Shown one piece after another: positions 28,701-37,321 of a DNA stretch of 64,000 nt; the stretch's first letter is position 1; each line of letters opens with the position of its first letter. The translations under genes and the position numbers were made by a program. Source of the DNA: an uncultured virus (IMG/VR IMGVR_UViG_3300025132_000001). Lineage: Duplodnaviria > Heunggongvirae > Uroviricota > Caudoviricetes. The stretch lies in the IMG/VR virus record IMGVR_UViG_3300025132_000001; one strand, 5' to 3'. The notes below the pieces were generated by a model that saw only the letters and a list, made by a program, of their open reading frames with translations, made no database searches and was not told where the DNA came from.

Positions 28701-31095
28701 AGCAGAAATAAATTTATTAAATCGCGCTAATCAAAGTTTACGACATATGGGTCCTGGCCAAGAAGGTTTACCATCTTTATATAGAATTGAACTTCCTAAT
28801 GTAGGAATACAAAAACTAACTAAACAATTAGGTGGGCCTTTACAATTTAGAACGGGAGGAGCAAAAAGAAAAGCAAGAAAAACACGTTGGGATGAAGATT
28901 TAAGACAAAATGTACAAAATACAGAAAATCTTCCATTAGTAAAACCAGCAGCAGCTTCTAGTGATTCTGAAAAAAGAAATTATTGGTTAAATTTATATTC
29001 TAATAAAAATTTTATTCAAAGAATTTTAATGCCTGATAAAGATCGTGGTAGAGAGTATATGCATCCTTCAACAGGATTAAAAATGAGCCATAATTTATAT
29101 AGAGAAGGAAATGTAATTTTTCCTTTAGTTGTAGAAGATGCATATGGAATTTTAGGAAAAGGTCCTGGACAATTACATTATTTTATTGATGAGAATGGGC
29201 AACCTGATGTTGAAAAAGCTAAACAATATGCAGCTGCAACTAAAGAATATATGCAAACAGATTCAGAAGAAGAGGCAGTATGGTTTGTAGAAAATTATCA
29301 AAGTGGTGAATATAAAAGAGCAACAGGTAATAGAAAATTATTAACGGGAGGACTTTTAAAAGGGTATAAATCAGAGCAGCCTATTTTAAAATATCAAACA
29401 GAAGGAGTTGTAGAAGAAGAAGATTCATACACACATGATTATAGTGATACGTTTTTTAATTTTTTACAACAGCAAGAAAATAATATAACTGATAGAGATA
29501 AAGATTATTATAATTGGGGATACTATACTAGAAAAGCAGATAAAAATAAAGGTATAACAGAAAAACGATTTTATCCACATACATCTGTTGAAGGAGGAGC
29601 TAAAACAATAGGTTTTGGACATAAAATAAAATCAGGTGAAGATTTTAGTAAAGGTCTTACTTGGGCAGAAGCAGAAGAATTATTAAGAAACGATATTTCT
29701 GCTCAACAACAAAGAATGGAAAATCGATATGGTACAAAATCAGATGGGCCTTATAACTGGTTTAAAAATTTAAGTCAAAATGAATATGATCTTCTTTTAA
29801 ACTATGAATTTCAAGTTAGAAATTCTTCAGTAGGACATGTAGATTGGGAAACATTAGATAGAGATAAAACAAAACCTAATAAAACTCAAGGAGGCTCTGG
29901 AACTTATCCTAATTTAATTAAAGCAATTGTTGACGGTAATTATGAAAATATATTAAAAGAATATAAAATAAAAGGGTTAGATACTAGAAATCAAGCTTTA
30001 TTAACTAATTTTATTGAACCATTAAAAAATACTTTTCATTATAGAGATGATAAACGTATTACTCAATCTCAATGGGATATGGCTATGCAAGCTAAAGACA
30101 ATGAAGATTCTTGGTTTAGTCAATTTTATACTTTAGAAAATCTTTCAGATTGGCATGATAAACAAGAAGATAAAAAAATAGAAAAAAAGAAAAAAGGAGG
30201 AATATTAGATAATATAAATTATGAACAAAAAATTGAAAAATATTTATCCCAAGGTAATACTAAATTAGCAGAAAAGGCAGCTAAATTAAAATATGAAAAA
30301 GAAAATTTTGATACAGGAGGATTTATATCTGTAACAGATCATGTTCCTAATTTAACTAAATGGCGTAGTTTACGTAATCAAAATGATTCTGTACATCCTT
30401 TAGTTGTTACAGCATTACAAGAACTAGAAATGATTTATCCTGAAGCTTTTGACGGCGTTCAGATTTCTAGTGCTCATAGAGATGCAAATTGGAATGAAGA
30501 AATAGGAGGACAACCTCATTCACGACATTTATCAGGATTTGGATTAGATTTAGTTGGAGATGGATGGAAAAATTTAAGTAATGTTTTAAATAATAGTCAA
30601 GATCCTAATATTATTGCTTGGAAAAATAAATGGACATCAGACAAACACCAAAATTTAGGAAGAGGAGTAATAGATGAAGGTAATCATTTACATTTAAATT
30701 TTGTAACACCGTCTGGATATTCAAATGATATAAATACAAATCCACCTTCACCATATTCAACTTCATATGGCATTCCAAGTTACATGAATTTAGATACTCA
30801 AACAAAAGATGAAGATGAGTATGAAAATATTTTAGATGGATATATAAGTAGTACTAATGTATTATCGTCTTCTATGTTAAGATCTCAACCTAATAGAGAA
30901 TCTAACACAGAACCTATAATAAAACCTAGAGGACACAGTAAATCTCCATTTCAATTTAGTACGTATAATTCATTAACTGAAAACTATTCATGGAATGATC
31001 CTCAGTTTTTAATGGCGTTAGGAAATAAATATGATCAAGAAAAAGCATTAAAAGAAAAAATAGCTCAAGAAACTTTAGAAAAAAATAAAGAATAA
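25777..31095 (+). CDS. Modular virion protein (zincin, lysozyme-like and peptidase M15 modules)
   Basis: HEIDH...PTEYIAR; EGGAKTIGFGH; SSAHR...SRHLSGFGLD...HLH; modules separated by xxGG/YQTEG motifs. Confidence 0.75.
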   Translation: MDAMELLKRAIAEGTNYSELVQQVKVAQTPSEQQQGLRGAPQGTSMVFPQSKGNFNTKGMDYSINIDKFDNKGDLVQSYRNVPPGIDNLPMGPKTGTVIETPAENQDIAFAKTGGPVKKFQTEGVIEGDKESSVEGLTFNYPEEETTELWQPNEYYKKRFGKDFKSTLFFGKHLMQMNNWIKSNDKENLLYNKDAIQDELNWIRNYIQSPKYLERLGKEFPDYTQDQLTEEMNARLNNINNVNITFEDQLAGGKALGVYWPTEDKGKRLNNANVHDPSSWVDREINEEKAGTIGLQTGYHQTPGDESVGLHEIDHQVNDGGMRIPASTEKLIHDNTTPMGQGGYQSPEGLQFGYVNTPTEYIARQTAIRKLLHDEGIYDSNTEDFTIDHYNKMLENGRLVNNKQLHDLIGDPLGRSGMWDEEVGDFIPMGTIKGSGENWEEERRNSFIEMMNNIAMDQDTDESFNYANQAKTGGPIKYQTEGTVKKDYNIDNILNVLQNKNFKENINTSFNHSSISDGLPHDNVGTGSTRLINYEQDVNHLTTTLEQQKKARAEQIRLREKQKQMYMSTGMSEQEAEKLLSNQASQYQQQQNVNHSQAEFRAPQYPPPVVQKYTPTFMPPALAIGSPGRQNQSNRFYTYHGLQDNLNYSLDHGLFNSEAEWADHMRDSYEGFENTVQMLNPLAGGEMLLEGIANQDPTQTSLAALSFMIPGNFEGSAIKRLYKGTKNKANNLTANFSNMLGLPSNKRLGNTNLFIERPGGINNFLVNNIERYTKKADYPFTVANINNSKILEGSKHFPRNRHQFMNFDAKVNVPSGNRMGMNLSKHFGPDGNPYYSMGISNFYGNQRLAGQTMSELNKFIPQYGVIKQYPMGSLSTDSWGLNLGRLNKPNKWGNVTQPNDWVTFNRMGNMSLPSHLRHDLPHNLGLQAFTKGQAEFYKDQLTGSMLNRPNVVKSFGGEQNIQSFLPRLRTYGQNKAEINLLNRANQSLRHMGPGQEGLPSLYRIELPNVGIQKLTKQLGGPLQFRTGGAKRKARKTRWDEDLRQNVQNTENLPLVKPAAASSDSEKRNYWLNLYSNKNFIQRILMPDKDRGREYMHPSTGLKMSHNLYREGNVIFPLVVEDAYGILGKGPGQLHYFIDENGQPDVEKAKQYAAATKEYMQTDSEEEAVWFVENYQSGEYKRATGNRKLLTGGLLKGYKSEQPILKYQTEGVVEEEDSYTHDYSDTFFNFLQQQENNITDRDKDYYNWGYYTRKADKNKGITEKRFYPHTSVEGGAKTIGFGHKIKSGEDFSKGLTWAEAEELLRNDISAQQQRMENRYGTKSDGPYNWFKNLSQNEYDLLLNYEFQVRNSSVGHVDWETLDRDKTKPNKTQGGSGTYPNLIKAIVDGNYENILKEYKIKGLDTRNQALLTNFIEPLKNTFHYRDDKRITQSQWDMAMQAKDNEDSWFSQFYTLENLSDWHDKQEDKKIEKKKKGGILDNINYEQKIEKYLSQGNTKLAEKAAKLKYEKENFDTGGFISVTDHVPNLTKWRSLRNQNDSVHPLVVTALQELEMIYPEAFDGVQISSAHRDANWNEEIGGQPHSRHLSGFGLDLVGDGWKNLSNVLNNSQDPNIIAWKNKWTSDKHQNLGRGVIDEGNHLHLNFVTPSGYSNDINTNPPSPYSTSYGIPSYMNLDTQTKDEDEYENILDGYISSTNVLSSSMLRSQPNRESNTEPIIKPRGHSKSPFQFSTYNSLTENYSWNDPQFLMALGNKYDQEKALKEKIAQETLEKNKE

Positions 31096-31166
31096 GTGCT
31101 ATATAATAAAGAATATATATATAATATATATATAATTGTAATTAATATAAGTAAATAGTAAATTTG
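31094..31166 (+). promoter_or_regulatory. Late promoter for scaffold-capsid operon
   Basis: TTG (31136-38)-N20-TAAATTTG (31159-66), plus upstream AAGTG motif. Confidence 0.7.
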
Positions 31167-31184
31167 TAAATAAAATAAATAATT

Positions 31185-32324
31185 ATGGCAGATGCAACAG
31201 ATAAATTAAGTATTGAAAACATCTCATTTGATGATATGATCAGTGAGGGTCTTGAAACACAACCAGAAGTAAGTGAAGCAAAAGTAGCTGAACCTGTAGA
31301 ACAACCGACACCTTTGGAAACTAAGGAAGAAGTTACGCAAGCTGAATCAGAATTAGACTCTGATGCAGTAGAAGAAAAACAACCAGAAGAAGCTACAGCT
31401 CTTGAAAAAGAAGAAGTGGCTCCTATTGATTCCCAAGTGGAACCACAACAAGAAACAGTTGAAAATCCAATAGATGAGTCAGCAACAGTAGTTTCGGGAG
31501 TTTTAAATAGATTGGGATATGAAGTTGATAAAGAATATGATGATACAGAAGAAGGATTAGTTGAATTAACTAAAGATGTAGGAGCTCAATTAGCTCAAGA
31601 TCATATGAAACAATTAATGGATGAATTTCCATTAGTAAGGCAACATCTTGAATATGTAATGTCAGGAGGAGAGTCCTCTAATTTTATGACGCAGTTTGAT
31701 CCAAGAGCTGATTATGCTCAAATCAAAGTACATGAAAAAGATTTGCCAATGCAAAAAATGTTAGTTGGTAATTATTTTAAAATGAAAGGACATGATGATG
31801 CTTTCATTAAAGATATTTTAGAAGACTATCAAGATGGTGGAAAACTTTTTGGAAAAGCAGAGTTAGCTCAAAAAGCATTAGTAAATGCACAAAGACAAGA
31901 AAGGCAAACTATGTTACAACAACAACAAGTTCAAGCACAAAAACAAAAGCAGGAACAAAGAAAATTTTGGGATGGAGTTTATGATACTATTAACACATCT
32001 AGTGAATTTGCTGGAATAACAGTTCCTGAAAGAGATAAGAAAAAGTTCTTTAAATATGTATCTGCGCCTATAAACCAACAAGGTTATACGCAAAGAGATC
32101 TAGATCATACTAACGCTAATATGGAAACTAAATTAGCAATTGACTATTTAATGTTTAAAGGATTTAAATTAAATGATATAATAAAAGCTAAAGTTGGCAC
32201 AACTAAAGCAAAAGACCTAAAAGCTAGGATAACTAAACACCAAGAAAAGGTTAAAAGCGCAAAAGGGCCAACTAGAAGAAATACTGGATTTGATATAGAG
32301 GATCTTGATCTAACAGTCATCTAG
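31185..32324 (+). CDS. Putative capsid scaffolding protein
   Basis: Acidic disordered N-terminus and coiled coil; directly upstream of major capsid gene. Confidence 0.65.
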   Translation: MADATDKLSIENISFDDMISEGLETQPEVSEAKVAEPVEQPTPLETKEEVTQAESELDSDAVEEKQPEEATALEKEEVAPIDSQVEPQQETVENPIDESATVVSGVLNRLGYEVDKEYDDTEEGLVELTKDVGAQLAQDHMKQLMDEFPLVRQHLEYVMSGGESSNFMTQFDPRADYAQIKVHEKDLPMQKMLVGNYFKMKGHDDAFIKDILEDYQDGGKLFGKAELAQKALVNAQRQERQTMLQQQQVQAQKQKQEQRKFWDGVYDTINTSSEFAGITVPERDKKKFFKYVSAPINQQGYTQRDLDHTNANMETKLAIDYLMFKGFKLNDIIKAKVGTTKAKDLKARITKHQEKVKSAKGPTRRNTGFDIEDLDLTVI

Positions 32325-32376
32325 TAAAAACCCTGGTTTGAAGGTAAAGGGTCCTTCGTTTTAAAAATAATTAAAA

Positions 32377-33795
32377 ATGCAAGTAGTAAAAACGTTTTAT
32401 AACGACGCGCAAATGACTGATTCAAATAGTCTATCTGCAGCATTAATGGAAAAACCTACTGAGCTTTCACCAATTATAACACATTTGGCTGGTAAAGAAG
32501 ATCGTAAGTTTCCATTAACTATGTTGACAGAGGGTGTCGGAAATACTAAATCTATTGATAGATATGAGTATGAATATCGTGTGAAAACACACGAAATTAA
32601 TGTAAGGCCAGTTACTGTAGCAAATGCTGGTGATAAAGGTTTAGAGCCTTTTACATTAACATTTCCAGATAAATGGTTTATTTTTCCATATACTTTGATT
32701 TCAGAATCGGGTGTACAATGTAGAATTATGTCAGAGCCTGTAGCAAGTACTGATGGAGTTGGATATACATACACTCTTCAAGCAATTGCTTCTGATGGAA
32801 CTGCATCAGTTCCTGAAGCTGATTGTGCAGCTGGAGCTTTATGGGGAATGTTGTACGCAAATGTTGGAATGGACTTTTCTAGAGGTAATGCTTCTAATTG
32901 GTCTGCACCAGGATTAATCAGAAACAAAATTGGTACGGTTAGAAAATCATACCACTTTGCAGGTAATGCAAAAGATTATGTTGCTGAATTTAATCTTCCA
33001 ACAAAAGGTGGAAAGCAAACAAAGTTGTGGATGGATTATGAAGAATACAGACACATGTTAAGATTTAAAGAAGAATGTGAATTGTTATATTGGTATGGTG
33101 AAAAAACTTATGATGCAAATGGTGTTACATCAATGCATGATGAGAATGGTCAACCAGTTATTACAGGACCAGGTTTACTTCAACAAATTATTAACAAAGA
33201 TTCTTATTCAACATTAACTGCTGAAAAGTTAATTGATACTGTAGGTGACATGTTCTATGGTATGACTGATGCTCAAGATAAAGTAATTACACTTTTTACA
33301 GGTATTGGTGGTGCTAGAGAATTTGACAACGCGTTGAAAAATCATCAAGGTGGTTTTGCTAACTGGACAATTAATGCTGATAGTAAATTTATTACTGGAA
33401 CAGGTCGATCATTAGGAATGACTGGTTACTTTACTTCTTATGACCATATAGATGGTTACAAGATTAATGTAGTTAAGAATCCTATGTTTGATCATGGACC
33501 AGTTGCTCAAGCTAGAGCTAAACATCCTACTACAGGTTATTCTTTAGAATCTTACAGAATGGTATTTGTTGATAATTCAAATTATGATGGACAGAATAAT
33601 GTTCAAATGATCAACAAGAAAGGACGTGAGATGCTAAGATGGTGTGTAGCTGGATCAGTAGTCCCTAGAGGATTCGACGGTAATGGCTCAAGAGCATCTG
33701 ATATTGATGGAGCTTCTGTACACATGCTTAAAACAGCAGGTATAGTGCTTCGAAGATTTGATACTTCTCTTGATATGGAGTGTGTAGCTTCATAA
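32377..33795 (+). CDS. Major capsid protein (crAss-like)
   Basis: 472 aa; TDSNSL N-terminus, GPGLLQQI, LFTG.GG, NPMFD; position after scaffold. Confidence 0.88.
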   Translation: MQVVKTFYNDAQMTDSNSLSAALMEKPTELSPIITHLAGKEDRKFPLTMLTEGVGNTKSIDRYEYEYRVKTHEINVRPVTVANAGDKGLEPFTLTFPDKWFIFPYTLISESGVQCRIMSEPVASTDGVGYTYTLQAIASDGTASVPEADCAAGALWGMLYANVGMDFSRGNASNWSAPGLIRNKIGTVRKSYHFAGNAKDYVAEFNLPTKGGKQTKLWMDYEEYRHMLRFKEECELLYWYGEKTYDANGVTSMHDENGQPVITGPGLLQQIINKDSYSTLTAEKLIDTVGDMFYGMTDAQDKVITLFTGIGGAREFDNALKNHQGGFANWTINADSKFITGTGRSLGMTGYFTSYDHIDGYKINVVKNPMFDHGPVAQARAKHPTTGYSLESYRMVFVDNSNYDGQNNVQMINKKGREMLRWCVAGSVVPRGFDGNGSRASDIDGASVHMLKTAGIVLRRFDTSLDMECVAS

Positions 33796-33812
33796 TTGAG
33801 GTATCATGACCC

Positions 33813-33892
33813 GACTATGAGTTGCATCGTAGTCTATTTATTTAGTTTCCAAGGAGTCAGAGGGCCTAGCCCTTTGGCTTTGCGGGACTAAA
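33813..33892 (+). terminator. Tandem hairpins after major capsid gene (stabiliser or attenuator)
   Basis: GACTATGA/TCGTAGTC (33813-34) and TTTAGT...AGTCAGAGGG-CCTAG-CCCTTTGGCT...ACTAAA (33841-92). Confidence 0.6.
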
Positions 33893-33949
33893 TTAAAACT
33901 AACTAAATAACAAAAATTGTTATTCTTAAACTGTAAAAGAACTTAAAAT

Positions 33950-34750
33950 ATGAAAAAAATAATGTTACGTAGGAAAGAGGTTATGAATCATCTTCCTAAA
34001 GAAGTAAGAGCTACTGCAATAACTAAATTAGGTAGCGTATATGTAAATCGTCAACCTTTAAAAGGTGTAGAAGGCGAAGAAGCAAAAAAATTAATGAATG
34101 GAATGCTAGATGTAGGCCCTGATCATGCAGATTGGCCAAAGTATATAAAAACATTTTGGGCAAATTTAACAATTAAAGTTCCATTTGAAGGAATTGAATT
34201 TGAAGTAGGAGTAGATAAAGATGGAAAGCCTTTTAATCTTGATCATTACTTAAAATATAGGTTTGCATTAAAGCATCCTTATGTTGCAGATTCTGAAAAA
34301 GAGTTAAAAGGTAAACAAAGTTTTTATTTTGTTGATGCTGAAAAAGATGTTAGAGATAAAAATAAAAAGGTTAAAATTAGAAAAGAAGCTGATAAAGAAT
34401 TTATTAAAGCTTCAGCTGATGAGAAAAAAATGGATATGTTAATTAGATTATTGTCTAAAACAAATCCATCTAAATTAACCAGAGATCAAAAAGAAAATAA
34501 TCTTTATGATCTTAAAGATAAAGAACCAGCTAAATTTCTTAAACTAGCAATAGATAAAAATTTAGAAATGAAAGCTGAAATTGATGAAATGGTTGAGTTT
34601 GGAGTTCTAAGAAAAGTAGGAAATCAAGTAATTTATATAGATGAAGTACTTGGTGAAACTACAGATGATACAATAGTATATCTTAGAAATAAAAAGAACT
34701 CAGGAACTTTAACTATTTTACGAGCTAAACTTAAAGAAGCAATTGTATAA
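33950..34750 (+). CDS. Conserved crAss-like protein downstream of capsid gene
   Basis: 266 aa; PFNLDHYLKY..ALKHP.VA motif; synteny. Confidence 0.7.
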   Translation: MKKIMLRRKEVMNHLPKEVRATAITKLGSVYVNRQPLKGVEGEEAKKLMNGMLDVGPDHADWPKYIKTFWANLTIKVPFEGIEFEVGVDKDGKPFNLDHYLKYRFALKHPYVADSEKELKGKQSFYFVDAEKDVRDKNKKVKIRKEADKEFIKASADEKKMDMLIRLLSKTNPSKLTRDQKENNLYDLKDKEPAKFLKLAIDKNLEMKAEIDEMVEFGVLRKVGNQVIYIDEVLGETTDDTIVYLRNKKNSGTLTILRAKLKEAIV

Positions 34751-34753
34751 AAT

Positions 34754-35704
34754 ATGACAGCAGCGGAAATGCATGAACACGTTATGATGCTCTTGGATAA
34801 GATTAATTCTTACCAAGCAGATACTTTATTAGCCAATGAAATTGATTTGGCTTTAAATATGGCACAACTAGCGTTTGTAAAAAATCGTTTCCAAAGATAT
34901 AATAAGTTTGGAGCTGGGTTTGAAGAATCTCAAAAAAGAATTGATGATTTAGCTCCACTTATTAGAACTACTACTATTAGCTTATATGAATTACCTTATA
35001 ATCAAGGTAATTTTGCTACAGAAGCGGGAGGAGGTTTGTTAGCAGATGCTTTTCCAAACGCGTCTCAGTTAGTATTAACTGGTGATAAAAGAATGTGGAG
35101 AGATGTTTATAGAATTTCTATGAATGAAGATATAGCAAATACAGGTAATAACTTGTTAGGTACAGATCGTGTATCTCCATATATGTTTTTAATAAGTGCT
35201 AGAGCACGTGTTAATTATATAAATTGTAAAAAGGATTTAGAAGAAGGAGTTGACTATTCATTAACAGATGTTGATGGAGATGGTGTAGTTGCAAGAAGAT
35301 CCCAAGAAACATTAACTGGTTTTGGTACTAGTTTAAAAAATAAAGTTGTAAAATGTAAATATGTTCAAAATGATGATTTATTTACACTGTTTGAAGATCC
35401 ATTTAATACAACAACCTTAAATACTCCATTTTATTCTTTTTCAGGAGCAAATGAAGTAATTTTTGGGGATTTACAATCAGGAATTACTAACTTGGAAATA
35501 TATACCGATGATACGTTCTTTACTGATGCGATCTTCATTAGGTATATTAAAAGGCCAAATTTTATTACTATAAATCAAACTGATTGTGAGCTTAGTCCTC
35601 ATGTTCATATTGAAGTAGTAAATATGGCTGTTGATATATTGTTGGAGGGCACTAGCGATCCGCGGTATAAATCACATCAGACTGAAACGTTGAAGTCTGA
35701 TTAA
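34754..35704 (+). CDS. Putative head-tail adaptor / ring protein
   Basis: MT..EM, EID.ALN.AQ, FEESQKRIDDL, YIKRP and H.EVV.MAV motifs. Confidence 0.65.
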   Translation: MTAAEMHEHVMMLLDKINSYQADTLLANEIDLALNMAQLAFVKNRFQRYNKFGAGFEESQKRIDDLAPLIRTTTISLYELPYNQGNFATEAGGGLLADAFPNASQLVLTGDKRMWRDVYRISMNEDIANTGNNLLGTDRVSPYMFLISARARVNYINCKKDLEEGVDYSLTDVDGDGVVARRSQETLTGFGTSLKNKVVKCKYVQNDDLFTLFEDPFNTTTLNTPFYSFSGANEVIFGDLQSGITNLEIYTDDTFFTDAIFIRYIKRPNFITINQTDCELSPHVHIEVVNMAVDILLEGTSDPRYKSHQTETLKSD

Positions 35705-35734
35705 TTTATTTATTAATATTTAAAATTTAAAAAA

Positions 35735-36766
35735 ATGGCAAGACAAATTTTTGTGCAAAAAGCTAACGGTGCTAGCACAACTCCAAATGAAGCAGCAAAT
35801 GCTTTTCACGCAGGTGATGCAGGTTTAGTTGGTGTATGGAGTGTAACAGCAGGCGCTTATCTTGATGCAAATTTTATAAGCTCGGCTGGAGCAATGATTC
35901 CAGATGAGTTTCAAATAACTCAAGTACATGGAGATAATACTATACCTTCAGCTACTAAAATTATTAAAAAGGCTAACGTATCTAAAATTACAGTTAGAAT
36001 GGCAGATGCTGCTGGTATAACAGTTGCTACTACAGCTACTGATACTGTATCTTCTGCTGCAAATAGTACTTCATATTATTATAAAATAATTCAAAAATCA
36101 CCAGTAGGAGATTGGAGAGCTAATTATGAAGATTTTGTAAATCCACTTGCAAGTTCTGCAAGTACTTATGACAGAGTAGGTAAAATATGGAGCGCTGAAT
36201 TTACTACTGATGCTACTGCAACTGCTGCAGAATTAAGAGATGGTATTGTAGCAGCTATTAATGCTTTAGGTAAAGATTGTCCAATGACTGCAACTTCGGC
36301 GTCAACTGCAAATCTTACTGTTGCGGCTCCTGCAAATTCAGGATTAGTATTTGAAGTAGTTTCAAATGTACCAGGTGTTGTAAATGCTACTTTTGCTCCA
36401 ACATTATCAAATGGATCAGGGTATGTAGCAGCTGCAATGGAAAAAAGATTTGGAGCTTATCAAACAGGTATTACAAATCACTTACATTTACCAAAAAATG
36501 TACGTTATGCAGATACTTCTAAGCTTTATGATGTAATTACTTTTCATTTAGATGGAGGAACTGCTGGATTACCAAACAACCAAAACTTTTCTTTAAATGT
36601 GCCAGGTGGCGATGAAGAAAATATAGTTGAATGGTGGATAGATTCACTTTGGGTAGATGGCTCATCTTTATTTGATGCTATCTTTGCTGGTGCAGGTGCA
36701 GGTGCTGTTGATATGGATGGCGCTGCTAGTGCTGGTACTGAAAGAGTTCTTTATTTAAGAGCTTAA
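35735..36766 (+). CDS. Structural protein (possible auxiliary capsid protein)
   Basis: Ala/Thr-rich 343 aa followed by a strong terminator. Confidence 0.55.
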   Translation: MARQIFVQKANGASTTPNEAANAFHAGDAGLVGVWSVTAGAYLDANFISSAGAMIPDEFQITQVHGDNTIPSATKIIKKANVSKITVRMADAAGITVATTATDTVSSAANSTSYYYKIIQKSPVGDWRANYEDFVNPLASSASTYDRVGKIWSAEFTTDATATAAELRDGIVAAINALGKDCPMTATSASTANLTVAAPANSGLVFEVVSNVPGVVNATFAPTLSNGSGYVAAAMEKRFGAYQTGITNHLHLPKNVRYADTSKLYDVITFHLDGGTAGLPNNQNFSLNVPGGDEENIVEWWIDSLWVDGSSLFDAIFAGAGAGAVDMDGAASAGTERVLYLRA

Positions 36767-36779
36767 TATACTTTTTATT

Positions 36780-36817
36780 ATATTGTGGGGGAGACTACTC
36801 TCCCACAATATTTTTTT
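36780..36817 (+). terminator. Intrinsic terminator
   Basis: ATATTGTGGG...CCCACAATAT followed by T-run. Confidence 0.85.
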
Positions 36818-36839
36818 CTAACTTTTAAAACTTATAACT

Positions 36840-37319
36840 ATGGTTCTTAGTGTTAACCAAGCAGGCACTGAAATCTCTATTACAGGAGGTGAAGCTAATG
36901 CAGCTGTCACAGTATGGCAAAATTCTTTTGGAACTCCTTTAACAGGGACTTCTGTTACATTAAGTGGCGCAGGAGCTGCCACAGTTACTGGATCTAATTT
37001 AGGTTTAGGGGCTTCTACAGTATTAAATGGAGTATGGAAATTTTTTGATACTGTTAATCCACCTGTAGGTATTTTAGTTTCAAACAGTGTTGACTGCTGT
37101 TTAGCTAAAAAAATGGACGCATATTTAACTGATTCTACATGTTCGTGTGGAAAATGTAAAAATGAGTTAGAAACAATGGCAGAAATTTATTTATTACTGC
37201 AAACAGCAAGAGCAAGTTTAAGTATGGAACCTAATCCAGAATTTGCTAATGCTTATATAAAATACGCGAAGGCGAATACTTTATGCACAGATACAACGTG
37301 CAAATCTTGTAGTTGTTAA
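36840..37319 (+). CDS. Structural protein with Cys-rich C-terminus
   Basis: DCC, CSCGKC and CKSCSC motifs. Confidence 0.6.
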   Translation: MVLSVNQAGTEISITGGEANAAVTVWQNSFGTPLTGTSVTLSGAGAATVTGSNLGLGASTVLNGVWKFFDTVNPPVGILVSNSVDCCLAKKMDAYLTDSTCSCGKCKNELETMAEIYLLLQTARASLSMEPNPEFANAYIKYAKANTLCTDTTCKSCSC

Positions 37320-37321
37320 TT

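Noticed and set aside
32322..32377. Readthrough fusion of scaffold to capsid protein
   Set aside because: Double stop (TAG TAA), and the capsid start is in a different frame.
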